This document shows, one piece after another, positions 53,953-63,468 of a stretch of DNA of 64,000 nt. Each line of letters begins with the position of its first letter. Positions within the stretch are counted from its first letter, which is position 1. The stretch comes from Terriglobia bacterium (GTDB lineage Bacteria; Acidobacteriota; Terriglobia; JAJPHL01; JAPKYU01), in assembly GCA_965223005.1 (NCBI GenBank), contig CBDCVK010000010.1, forward strand, positions 1,120,001-1,184,000. Reading direction: 5' to 3'. A program made the translations under genes and the position numbers. A model generated the notes under the pieces. It was not told the DNA's origin, did not search any database, and worked only from the letters and a program-made list of their open reading frames with translations.

Positions 53953-54906
53953 CAGGAGCTGAGGGTTTCTGCCCGCGGCCGTGTCAGGCGCTGAGGTTCT
54001 TGAACGACTCCTTCATCTTGCGAAACTCAGCTAGGATACCCTTGAATTGCTTCTTATGCGCTTTCATCTGCAAGCCACGCTCCCGATTTTGGTCGTCGGT
54101 CCATTCAACGAGAATGAGGTGCTGACGCGATTTGTGGAGGATTCCGACTAACGCAATTGGTGCTAGCAAGACACCAACCGCAACCCATTTGGCGACCCTC
54201 CTGGTCGTGGCCTGTCCATACGTCAGCCTTGTTACTCTGTCGACCGGAATTGTCACCGGCGGAATCACATCCTTCTTGAAGCCAAAGGTGACTTCCTTTT
54301 CGGTGACGTAGAGTCTGTTGTCCCAAGATTTGCGGACTTTCTTTATATCCTCATCCGCAAAACCGGCACCTCCAAGGTACTTGATGCCCTTCGGGAAATT
54401 TTCTCCATAGGCCGAAGGGAGTATCAAAGATACACAAAAAAGTGTCACGATCAGCTTCTTCGTACCTTCACGACGCGCACTGAGTTGAATCATCACTTGC
54501 CTCCTTTCGCGCGACCCGTCGGCGAGCCAAAGTAGTACCGTGTGCGGACGAACGGTCCAAACCCTCTTCCTTTGCCACCTGTGCCCCTCAAGGAGAACTG
54601 AGAACGCGGATGGTAAGTAGAGAAATCAATCCCCCTTGCCGATAACCTACGCTCCCCTCAGGAGCTAGTCAAGAACGGGCCAGTGTGGCCTTTATTAGAG
54701 GTCGGGGAGGGTGATCCTAGGCGACCTCACTCCGGGACTCGTGCTTCCTCTTTACTTAATGGTTTAATTCAAGCGGTAGGAATACGTTAGCAGTGGTGGT
54801 TACAAGGCCAGCCGTAGTCGAATGGTTGGCGATGCAACCACTTCAGGTCGCTCTCAAACGCCAACCTGCCTACGCCGCAAAGTCCAGCCGCAGGTATAAG
54901 TTGCGG

Positions 54907-54933
54907 GGCGCCGTAATGAGATAACCCGCAGCC
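54907..54933. other. Right hybrid attachment site (element arm plus core CC 54932-54933)
   Basis: GGCGCCGTAATGAGATAA-CCCGCAG-CC, then comM resumes. Confidence 0.85.
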
Positions 54934-55408
54934 CTGTGGTTTCTTCAACGATTCTACCCGCGAGTGCCACTGCACTCCGGGCGTGATCCAGCGTTACGTT
55001 TCAAAGATTTCCGGCCCGCTGCTGGACCGCATTGACATCCACGTTGATGTCCCGGCAGTGAAGTACCGCGAGCTGCGCTCCGAGCAGAGCGCGGAAGATT
55101 CGGCGGCGATTCGCGCCCGGGTGGAACGCGCCCGCGCCACGCAACTGGAGCGCTTCCGCAACGACGGCATCTACGCCAATGCCCAGATGAGCACCCGGCT
55201 CATGCGCCGCCATTGCCCGATTGACGAGGCTTCCGAGAAGCTGCTGGAGACCGCCATTAGCCGCATGGGGCTTTCCGCCCGCGCCCACGACCGCATCCTG
55301 AAGGTGGCCCGCACCATTGCCGACCTGGAAGGCTCTTCCGCGATCCAGTCCCGCCACATCGGTGAAGCCGTTCAGTACCGCTCGCTCGACCGCACCTACT
55401 GGGCCTAG
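54934..55408 (+). pseudogene. comM: comM/yifB 3' part
   Basis: [13 protein letters not shown]...[15 protein letters not shown]...SAR...KVARTIADL...EAVQYR. Confidence 0.93.
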
Positions 55409-55428
55409 TTTGGAACGGCCCTCCCGAA

Positions 55429-56073
55429 TTAGTTCTGGTCGTCTTGGAATTTGACATGCCAGTGCGTGCCGTCACAGAAAGGTTTGTTCTTGGATCCTCC
55501 GCATCGGCAGAGGGTGTACTGCTCCTCCGAGGCTCCCTCACCACGGATCACACCTGCGAGTTCAGGTCCGCCGGTGACAACGTAGGGGCCGTTCTTGGCG
55601 ACGGTGATTGCTGGCTCACGGTCCTGGTCCCGGTGTTCGACTCCTTCAAGGGAGTAACTAAGAGCCCCTGACGGACATTTCTTTATCGTCTTGACGATCT
55701 CTTCCGAAGTCGCGCCATCCGGGTCAATCCACGGTTCTTTTCCGTACAGGAAAACCTTTGGCAACCCCTCCGTGCAGAGCCCGGCATGCGCGCAGATTCC
55801 CCGGTTGTCGTGGATGGCGATTTCGGCTCCGACGTAGTTGTCTCGCTTGTCTTCAGCCGTGCCTTCGAGCTTGCCGTCGGAAAAACCGATCTTGGCATGG
55901 GTCCCGTCGCAGAACGGTTTTTTCGCCGAACCGCCACAGCGGCAGAGTGCGAATACTGGCTTGGTTTGGATCTGCTCGCCGCTAGAGTTGCGAAGCTTCT
56001 CAAGGCTGTTCACGACGTAGGGTCCGTTTGGAGCGGTCGTGATTTTAGATTTCTTTTGTTCACCCGAATCCAT
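55429..56073 (-). CDS. CDGSH iron-sulfur domain protein (two CDGSH plus central 4Fe-4S-type domain)
   Basis: Two LCRCGGS..KPFCDGTH; CAHAGLC and CPSGAL. Confidence 0.9.
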   Translation of the reverse strand: MDSGEQKKSKITTAPNGPYVVNSLEKLRNSSGEQIQTKPVFALCRCGGSAKKPFCDGTHAKIGFSDGKLEGTAEDKRDNYVGAEIAIHDNRGICAHAGLCTEGLPKVFLYGKEPWIDPDGATSEEIVKTIKKCPSGALSYSLEGVEHRDQDREPAITVAKNGPYVVTGGPELAGVIRGEGASEEQYTLCRCGGSKNKPFCDGTHWHVKFQDDQN

Positions 56074-56205
56074 AACGCTTCTCCTTGGTCTGTCAACCTA
56101 GAGTCTATCAACCTGGACGAGCGGCTGCAGGCGCTAGACAGAGCCCACTATTATCCAATGACAGAGGTTGGAAGAACACCCCTGGATCCAAAACGAGTCC
56201 GACTC

Positions 56206-57246
56206 TCAGAACGCGATGCCAAGCCCGGTGACCAAGCCGTAGTCGTTGCGCCGCACCTGGAGCGGTGGCTGGCTGTCGTAGTGGTTGAACAGGCTGAGGT
56301 TCCAGCTCAGCCGGCTCACCATAGGGATTCGCACTCCGCTGTCCAGTGTGACCCGGTAGCGGCCGGACTGGGTAAAGTTAGGCAGCACCGATAGCTCGGC
56401 TTCGAGTTTGACGCCGCTCGCGACCGTAGTCTCCCATTCGAGACCGGCCAGGCCTTCAACGCTTGTATGGGGGGGAACCGGATCACCCGGCTGTAGGCGA
56501 AACTGTTCGTTTTCGAAAGTGAATCCTCCGAGAAGCGACAAAGTGGTTCGGCCCGAGTGGATGATTTTCCGGCCCAATCCCCCTCCAAGATTGCTGCGCA
56601 GGTTTAGGCGCCTGCGGTCATCGCGCTCGAAGCGCGAGAGGCCGAAGACGAACGTATCGTCGTTAAGAAACCGGTCGTAGCGGAGGCTGGCCTGCTGTTG
56701 GCTGTTGGTGGGAGCGCCCGACTGGCTACTGAAGAGAGAGGAGGCGTTGGCCTGCACTTCGTATTTTGGCTTACGGTACCGGGTGTTGATCCTGAGTGAG
56801 GACTGGCTGTTATTAGAATTCCCTCTCGCGATGCTGTAGCCGAGGTCCACGGTGCCCTGAACCTGGTCCCAAAAGGTTTCCGGACGCGCTTCTTTAGCCG
56901 ACTTCATGCCGACAATGGCGGGCCGCGCCACCGTGACCGCTTTCTCTGCAGAAACGATCCGAAGCCCCTGGTCGGATTCCTCAATGCGCCCGCGCACACG
57001 CAGTCCGCTGTCCAGTTCCACTTCGACAGGCTGATCGGTCGAAATACCCTCGATCATTCTCCAATCAATCTTCACAACACCGGCATAGCTGGTTTCCAGC
57101 GAGAGGCTGCGCTGTTCCAGCTTTTGGATCTGCCCGCTGAGACGGTCTGCATTTTTCAGCTTCACCACGTCTGCCCGGCACGCCACGCCAACTGCCAGGA
57201 TCAGGCCGAAAACGAAAACAGCCATGCGGCTCTTGTGGAGGTTCAT
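56206..57246 (-). CDS. DUF481-like outer-membrane beta-barrel protein
   Basis: Signal peptide, DVVKLKNADRLSG, alternating beta strands, C-terminal Phe. Confidence 0.8.
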   Translation of the reverse strand: MNLHKSRMAVFVFGLILAVGVACRADVVKLKNADRLSGQIQKLEQRSLSLETSYAGVVKIDWRMIEGISTDQPVEVELDSGLRVRGRIEESDQGLRIVSAEKAVTVARPAIVGMKSAKEARPETFWDQVQGTVDLGYSIARGNSNNSQSSLRINTRYRKPKYEVQANASSLFSSQSGAPTNSQQQASLRYDRFLNDDTFVFGLSRFERDDRRRLNLRSNLGGGLGRKIIHSGRTTLSLLGGFTFENEQFRLQPGDPVPPHTSVEGLAGLEWETTVASGVKLEAELSVLPNFTQSGRYRVTLDSGVRIPMVSRLSWNLSLFNHYDSQPPLQVRRNDYGLVTGLGIAF

Positions 57247-57890
57247 GAGGAATCAGTCATTTCCTTTCTTGACTCAGAGGAGTGATAGGCGATGAGTGTC
57301 TCCGGAAAGAAGGTCACCCGGCAGCCAATGACGCGGCCCTTGGGAAACAGCCGGCGCAGATCGCGCCTACTGAGTGCCCGCAAGCTCGGATACGGCGTTT
57401 TCCCCAGTATCCGAACGAGACGCCGCTGCCAAGGTTCAGGCGCAAACTGGATGAAGGGCAAGTGGTAATGAGGCTCGATGGGATACCAGAAGTTGGGAGT
57501 GGTCACGAACCAGCTTCGTCCCACCCGAGACACTTCGCTGGCAAATCGCTGCTGCTCTTCCCACGTCGGCAAATGTTCCAAGACGGCGTTGCAATAGACG
57601 ATGTCAAACGACTGATCGGCAAAGGGCAGCGCGCACCCATCTAATGCCACCGCCTTTACAGTGGGAAAACTCCCGGCATAATCCTGAATGTCGGCGAGAG
57701 AGAGGCTTCCGCCGATCACGCGCTCGCAATGGGGATAGAAAGTTTCAAGCTGATCGGGCAAGCCAATCTGACTTCCAGTGGCACCAATGTTGAGGACCCG
57801 GCTTTCCGGTGTGGGGCGCAGCAACTGCCGGAATAGCTGATACTTTTTCTCGCGCGATTTGCGGTGAAGACGCGTGAAGAGTCGATTCAT
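57243..57890 (-). CDS. Class I SAM-dependent methyltransferase
   Basis: VLNIGA, LPFADQSFDIVYCNAVLEH, TPNFWYPIEPH. Confidence 0.85.
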   Translation of the reverse strand: MNRLFTRLHRKSREKKYQLFRQLLRPTPESRVLNIGATGSQIGLPDQLETFYPHCERVIGGSLSLADIQDYAGSFPTVKAVALDGCALPFADQSFDIVYCNAVLEHLPTWEEQQRFASEVSRVGRSWFVTTPNFWYPIEPHYHLPFIQFAPEPWQRRLVRILGKTPYPSLRALSRRDLRRLFPKGRVIGCRVTFFPETLIAYHSSESRKEMTDSS

Positions 57891-58094
57891 GTTAGATCGC
57901 CAAGGAACGCGAAAGAGGCGCCTTCCACCCCTACTCTATATGTATGCCATGCGTCGCCAGTCGAAAGCTAGGACCGCCTGCCGGCCACTACCATCGGCGG
58001 CCTTAGATGCCATTCTTGAGCTGGGGCGTTGGCAACTGCCGCCTTTAGGAAGGCCAGCAACAGTGTGCAACCGGTATATAATCCGAACAAAGCA

Positions 58095-59543
58095 ATGGGA
58101 CGGGACCGACTGGCCGCGCGGAGTTTCCTACTGTCCACCCTGCTGGTAGCGGTCGCATTTGGGGTAGCGGCTGCGGCGACGACGGAGACGCTGGCGCCTG
58201 TTGTTCAGGTCGCCGTGAACTATGCGCCCGGCAAGAGCACGATGATCAGCGGCTTTCTGGTCGGTGGCGGCCGCTTCGTCCTTACCCAAGCGAGCATCCT
58301 GCATGGGGCCTACGACACCGCCGTGGCCTTCACGAATACGGACGTCTTGGACCCGGTTCTGGAGCGCTTCGACGGCCGGTTGAATATCGCCGTGCTCCGG
58401 CTACCCAGGCCGGTGAGAGCCGAGTTCGCAGCAGTGGCCGAGCTACCGTCCGGCGAACTCCGGGCTACCATCGTTGGTGCGCCGACCGCCTTTGAGACCG
58501 GCAAGCTCTCAGTGTTTCTGAAGCCGTTGGCCGGCGGCCGGCGCTGGGAGATCGTGCCAGCCATTCCGCTCGCCTTCCGGGGCGCACCCATTCTGGATTC
58601 CGCAGGCAGGCTGTTGGGCATCGCCGTTGAGGAACCCGAGAGCACTTCTGTGGTGGGAATTCCGGTATCGGAACTTAGGGACTTGGTTCCTGATTTGGCG
58701 GTGCGGCGGTCGAGTGCGACGGTGGCGGCGCCGGCGCAGCCACCGGCGCGGGCTTCGCAATCCGCGGCAGTGCCGCCAGCCTCGGCGAGTAGCGCGGCAA
58801 GGCCGGCCGCGGAGCCAAAGGTGGAAGGAGAGCCAGCGCCGCCACCGGCTCGGGCTTCGCAATCCGCCGCGGTGCCACCAGTCTCAACGAGTAACGCGGT
58901 AGCGCCGGCCCCGGAGCCAAAGGCGGAAGGAGAGTCGGAGCTGCCTAAAACAGTCCTGGAACCAATCGAGCGGCCACTGGCTGGGGTTTCCGCTTCGGTT
59001 CCGGCAGCAAAGGTCGAAGTGCAGCCCCCTCCCGAACCTGCACCCACTGTGGCCGGCAGGCCACTTCCCGAAGAGGTGGAAGCCGAGGAAGGGGAGGCCC
59101 GGAAGTCGGCAGCCGGGTCGGAGACGGCAACGACCGGGCGCTCGTCAGCGAAGCAAGCCTCCTCTCCCCTTCCCACCGCCGCCGACCCGGGTGGCTGGGA
59201 AGTCCGGATCCGCCAGGATCCTGATGACATCCAGTTGCGCCTCCGCTACGCGGATGCGCTCCTGGGTGCCGGAGATTATCGACAGACGGTGGCGGTGCTT
59301 GAGAAAGCACAGCAACGGTTTCCCTTGGTGCCGCGTGTGTACTGGTACCTGGCTCACGCCTACTGGCACCAGTCCTTACACAAGCCAGACGGCGGCCGCC
59401 GGCGCTCCATGGAAAAGAAGGCATACCGCAAGAGTTTGGCCGCGTTTGAAACTTTCCTAGCTTTGGCTCCGGACGATCCCCGTGCCCCTGAAGCCCGCTA
59501 CCGCCTGAACCTGCTCAAGCAGGCGCAGTACGGGCGGCGATAG
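58095..59543 (+). CDS. Exported protein: degenerate trypsin-like domain, Pro/Ala linker, TPR domain
   Basis: SGFLV...VLT, IAVLRL, GAPILDSAGRLLGI; C-terminal TPR-like helices. Confidence 0.65.
   Translation: MGRDRLAARSFLLSTLLVAVAFGVAAAATTETLAPVVQVAVNYAPGKSTMISGFLVGGGRFVLTQASILHGAYDTAVAFTNTDVLDPVLERFDGRLNIAVLRLPRPVRAEFAAVAELPSGELRATIVGAPTAFETGKLSVFLKPLAGGRRWEIVPAIPLAFRGAPILDSAGRLLGIAVEEPESTSVVGIPVSELRDLVPDLAVRRSSATVAAPAQPPARASQSAAVPPASASSAARPAAEPKVEGEPAPPPARASQSAAVPPVSTSNAVAPAPEPKAEGESELPKTVLEPIERPLAGVSASVPAAKVEVQPPPEPAPTVAGRPLPEEVEAEEGEARKSAAGSETATTGRSSAKQASSPLPTAADPGGWEVRIRQDPDDIQLRLRYADALLGAGDYRQTVAVLEKAQQRFPLVPRVYWYLAHAYWHQSLHKPDGGRRRSMEKKAYRKSLAAFETFLALAPDDPRAPEARYRLNLLKQAQYGRR
58740..58934 (+). 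repeat. Intragenic duplication, 102-bp period (PPARASQSAAVPP...EPK.EGE x2)
   Basis: Copies start at 58740 and 58842. Confidence 0.8.
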
Positions 59544-59729
59544 CGCTGGGAGCCCGTCTAGACATATTAACGATCCGGGTCTTGTGCGAATTCCCGATTA
59601 AGTGGTCAGGCCGACTAACTCAGAGGAGGATTTCCGATTGTGCCTCTCCTCCCACCACGAGTATACCCCTCCTGCTTTCAGGTATGACGATTCTGGTTTT
59701 CGTTCTCATCTTGCACTCTGAACCGATCC

Positions 59730-61223
59730 TCAGCTGCGGAGGACCACCTGAAGAGATTGGCGCCAGGTGTGGTTGAGGCCGATGCGCCGCGCCGGAATTT
59801 CCGGCGACAGGTAGCGCAGCAGCAAGTCGGTCAGGGAGTGAAATTCAAACACCGGCGCCACCAACCACAGCAGGGGTGGCTCGGCGCGCAATTCGACGCC
59901 AGAGAAATAGCCCAGGCTGCGAAACTCGCCGCGTTCCTGGTGCCACTTGACACGCATCCAATAGTCGAGAGCCTGAAGGGGCAGGTTGGGGTCGGCGGAG
60001 GCTTTCAGCTCAATCACCACCAAGCGGCCCGTCCGGGTGAGGGCCAGCAGGTCAATGATGCCACGCTGCCGCCCCGCCACCGCCGGCACCTGGGAGTAGA
60101 CGAAGCGCGGGTCGAGGTCGCTCGAAAGCACGCCGATGTCGCGGACTAGCAGCGATTCCAACCACCGCTCCGCCTGCGTCGTGTAAAAAGGATGGCGGCG
60201 GTTGGTGGAATCGGCCGCGCGGATCCGCCCGATGTCCTGGGCCAAGCGCTCGGCCTGGGACAGCGATTCCGAAACAAGTGGCTGCCAGTGACTACCGCGG
60301 CCGAACGTCGCGCCATCGGGTCCGGCGCGGGCAAATTCCAAGCCGTTGATACGGCAGGTGAGGCCGGCGCCGGGCCGCACCGCCATCTCCACTCCCGATC
60401 TTCCGCCCAGGCGCCGCAAGAGTCCCAGCGCTTCCGCGGGTGCCGTTGCCGCTGGGCAGGGCATGGGCAGTTCGGTACGCAGATTGGCGTACTCACCCTC
60501 TTCGGCGCGACGGACGGTATCTTCGGGCGAGAAAGCGAACAGCTCGAATCCAGCTAATTCCTGGTTGAGATAGCGCCAGCGGAGCGCGGTCCTCTCGACA
60601 AAGCGCTCTGGCAGGAAAAGCTTTAATCCGGCCACCAAGCGCTTTGACCGCGCCGCGCTGTGCCGCAGAGAGTCCAGCCAGGCCAGCCCTTGGGTGAGCG
60701 CGGTGGCAGCCGCGGCTTCGCCCTCCTCCTCCGCGCAGCCGACCACCGCCCAGTCGCTCTTGCCGCGCGAGAGGACGGCTCGTGCCGTCTGCGAAGAAAG
60801 GGAGCGCTCCAGGTCTCGCTCCGCGGTCAGTTGTTTCAGCTTCCAGCCGGGGAAGGTGTGCGCCAGCAGCTTGCGCAAGCGCGCGGCGAAGCGGCTGCGC
60901 ACCGCCTCCCGCTCGAGTTCCGGCGCACCCTTGGCGGAGGCCACCAGTCGCACCAGTCCCTGCCCGGCGCCGAAGCGCTGGTAGGCCAGCACCAGTTCCC
61001 CAGGTTTTTGACGACGTACCTCGAGGATGCGGCGAACGATGCTGCGCGATTCATCCCAAACCTCAAGCAACACTTTGCCGCGCTGAGCCTCCACACTGAA
61101 GCGGCCCGGCTCCAGCGGCATCGTCTCGCCGCCCACTTCCTTCAGCACTGGACGCTGATTCTTGCACCCGGTGACAAAGGAGAGGATGCGATCGCGGAGT
61201 TCTTCGGGGGAGACGGCGGACAT
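59730..61223 (-). CDS. Hypothetical protein with C-terminal PD-(D/E)xK (NucS-like) nuclease domain
   Basis: ERWLES...IIDLLAL...LVVIELK...QALDY...LVAP. Confidence 0.7.
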   Translation of the reverse strand: MSAVSPEELRDRILSFVTGCKNQRPVLKEVGGETMPLEPGRFSVEAQRGKVLLEVWDESRSIVRRILEVRRQKPGELVLAYQRFGAGQGLVRLVASAKGAPELEREAVRSRFAARLRKLLAHTFPGWKLKQLTAERDLERSLSSQTARAVLSRGKSDWAVVGCAEEEGEAAAATALTQGLAWLDSLRHSAARSKRLVAGLKLFLPERFVERTALRWRYLNQELAGFELFAFSPEDTVRRAEEGEYANLRTELPMPCPAATAPAEALGLLRRLGGRSGVEMAVRPGAGLTCRINGLEFARAGPDGATFGRGSHWQPLVSESLSQAERLAQDIGRIRAADSTNRRHPFYTTQAERWLESLLVRDIGVLSSDLDPRFVYSQVPAVAGRQRGIIDLLALTRTGRLVVIELKASADPNLPLQALDYWMRVKWHQERGEFRSLGYFSGVELRAEPPLLWLVAPVFEFHSLTDLLLRYLSPEIPARRIGLNHTWRQSLQVVLRS

Positions 61224-61270
61224 GAGTTTGAGGCTGAGAGGAGAATTATGAGTTCATGACGGATGACTCT

Positions 61271-61951
61271 TCACTCTTCAACCAGCACGCCCTTGTCCAG
61301 GTGGCGTACGGTGCGGGCGTAGCGTGTGGCGCGAACATCGTGCGTAACCAGCACAATGGTTTTGCCGAAATCTCGATTCAGTCGTCCGAAAATTTCCAGC
61401 ACTTCCGAGGCGGACTGTGCGTCCAGGTCGCCGGTAGGCTCGTCGGCCAGCAGCAGGGTGGGGTCAGTGACGAAGGCACGTGCGATGGCCACTCGCTGCT
61501 CCTGTCCGCCGGAAAGCTGCCGCGGATAGTGCTCGGCGCGGTCGGAGAGGCCAACCAGCTTCAGTGCGGTCAGCACGTGCTGGCGGCGCTCGGCCCGCGA
61601 CAGTCGGGTCAGCAACAGCGGCAGCTCCACGTTTTCAAACGCCGTTAGCACCGGGATCAGGTTGAAGGTTTGGAACACGAATCCGATATGGTGGTTGCGC
61701 CAGCTCGCCAGCTCGCTCTCGGACATGCGGGTAGGCTCGGCATTCAGGACTGTCAGACCGCCGGAACTGGGTTGGTCGATGCCGGCGATCAGATTCAACA
61801 GCGTGGATTTTCCCGAACCGGACGGCCCCATCAGCACCAGGAAATCCCCCTGGGCCACGTCCAAGGTAATCCCGTCCAGCGCGCGCACCTCGATGGAATC
61901 GCGCCGGAATATTTTTTTCAACTGGTGCACTTCGATGAGCTTAGATGCCAT
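61271..61951 (-). CDS. ABC transporter ATP-binding protein (LolD/MacB-like)
   Basis: [28 protein letters not shown]. Confidence 0.95.
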   Translation of the reverse strand: MASKLIEVHQLKKIFRRDSIEVRALDGITLDVAQGDFLVLMGPSGSGKSTLLNLIAGIDQPSSGGLTVLNAEPTRMSESELASWRNHHIGFVFQTFNLIPVLTAFENVELPLLLTRLSRAERRQHVLTALKLVGLSDRAEHYPRQLSGGQEQRVAIARAFVTDPTLLLADEPTGDLDAQSASEVLEIFGRLNRDFGKTIVLVTHDVRATRYARTVRHLDKGVLVEE

Positions 61952-62012
61952 GTGGATTAGATTTCCGAGCGCAGCTCCGGGATTGCAAGTTCTTGGCTTG
62001 GCTTGCCTGCGC

Positions 62013-63350
62013 CTACTGCCTACTGGGCGTCCGGACGCGCTGGCCGTCCTTTAAAGCTTCGGGATTGCTCACCACGACAACTTCGTCTCCGTTCAGCCCG
62101 GAGAGAATGCGGATGGAACCGCCGGTCTGGGAGCCCAAGCGGACCGTCTTGCGCGCCGTGCGTGAATTTTCCACTGCCAGCACCGTAGGCTGGCCTTCGG
62201 CCTGAAATACTGCGGCGCGCGGCACCATCAATTCCCTTTCGCGGACCTGGCCGCCCTCGGGATCTTCAAAGAACACTTTGGCGTTCATTTCCGGGCGCAG
62301 GTACTCGTCCGGACCCTCAACCTGCACCTTCACCTGCACGGTGGCCTTCTGCCGGTCCGCTTCCGGGGCGATCTCAGCGACCACGCCGCTGTAGCGCCGG
62401 TCGGGGAACGCATCGGGCACGACCCGACAGGACTGGCCCAGCGAGACGCGGGCGAACTCGCTCTGACTAATGTCTAACTCCACTTGCAGGTCGTTCAAGT
62501 CGGCCAGCGTCACCACTGACGATTTGGCGCCGCGCTCGCCCACGAACATGGTGGTCACCATTTCCCCCTGCTCCACAAGGCGCTCCAGAACAGTGCCGCT
62601 GACAGGGGACCGGATCCGGGTGGCCTCCAGTTGCGCTTCGGCGAACTGCAGGGTGCCGCGGGCCTGCTGCACCTGAGCGCGCGCCTGGTCAATTTCTTCC
62701 TGGCGGGGTCCCAGGCGGACCAGCTCGTACTGCTTTTCGGCCGCTTCTACCTGGGCCTTCACCATGTCGGATTGGGCGCGCGCGTTGTCCAGAGCTTCGC
62801 GGGAAACCACGCCCTCTTGCGACAGGCTCTCGGCACGTTCTAGGTTGAGTTTGGCGTTCCGCAGGTTTGCCTGCGCTTCTTCGAGCTGGGCCCGGGCACG
62901 TTCGATTTCCTGTGGCCGCGACCCAGCCTCCATCTGGCGCATGCGCGCCTCCGCAGCTTGCAGCGTCCCGCGTGCCTCTCCTACCTGAGCCCGGTACTCC
63001 CGGTCGTCGAGCCGCACCACCATCTGATTCTTCTGCACGGGGTCGCCCTTCTCCACTCCAATCCAGGTGACCCGTCCCATCACCTTGGTGCCGAGCTGGA
63101 TCTTGTGATGGGGCACGACGTAGCCGCCAGCCACCAGCACGGCCACGGGTTGGCTCATTTCCATCCCGGTCACGCGGGCCACCTGCACCAGCGGGGGGCG
63201 GGCGCCGAACCAGACTGCCAACGCCAACAGCCCCACGGCACCGACTGTGAGCGGAACAAGTACGCTGCGGGACAGACGTGGGCCTGGGGACGGCTTCGAC
63301 TCCCGGTCAATCCGTAGCGTCTCCAGTTCCTGCGAGAGGCGATCCTTCAT
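62013..63350 (-). CDS. Periplasmic adaptor / membrane fusion protein (HlyD/MacA-like)
   Basis: TM anchor, VEKGDPV, coiled coil, IRSPVSG, LRPEM. Confidence 0.9.
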   Translation of the reverse strand: MKDRLSQELETLRIDRESKPSPGPRLSRSVLVPLTVGAVGLLALAVWFGARPPLVQVARVTGMEMSQPVAVLVAGGYVVPHHKIQLGTKVMGRVTWIGVEKGDPVQKNQMVVRLDDREYRAQVGEARGTLQAAEARMRQMEAGSRPQEIERARAQLEEAQANLRNAKLNLERAESLSQEGVVSREALDNARAQSDMVKAQVEAAEKQYELVRLGPRQEEIDQARAQVQQARGTLQFAEAQLEATRIRSPVSGTVLERLVEQGEMVTTMFVGERGAKSSVVTLADLNDLQVELDISQSEFARVSLGQSCRVVPDAFPDRRYSGVVAEIAPEADRQKATVQVKVQVEGPDEYLRPEMNAKVFFEDPEGGQVRERELMVPRAAVFQAEGQPTVLAVENSRTARKTVRLGSQTGGSIRILSGLNGDEVVVVSNPEALKDGQRVRTPSRQ

Positions 63351-63468
63351 TGGTACCCATCTCCCCTCGCTAGTTCATCAAGTTGTTGAAGAACATCTGG
63401 CATGGCCACTCGCTCACGGTCGCGGCTCGGTAGTGTCTGCCTTTCTGTCTTCCCTACCAGGCACGTTC

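Larger units (their letters stand above)
51095..54496 (-). pseudogene. Exported PEGA-domain protein (~262 aa) split by the IS1380 transposition unit
   Basis: 54496-54031 (signal peptide ...KKQFKGIL) joins 51417-51095 (DALTFHTGK...ITSDPAWAEVEIDG...PGKY) in frame after removing the insert and one CTAGG. Confidence 0.8.
46342..54933. mobile_element. Serine-integrase mobile element (phage/satellite-like replicon) integrated in comM
   Basis: Separates two in-frame halves of comM; symmetric att arms; integrase and rep module. Confidence 0.9.

Noticed and set aside
46338-54934. GCCC 4-bp direct repeat at both element ends as the crossover core or target duplication
   Set aside because: Joining on GCCC frameshifts comM and makes the att arms asymmetric; only the CC register restores the frame and 7+7 symmetry.
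54787-54975. 62-aa minus-strand ORF at the right junction as the alternative integrase tail
   Set aside because: It is in the frame produced by the wrong (GCCC) register and starts inside antisense comM.
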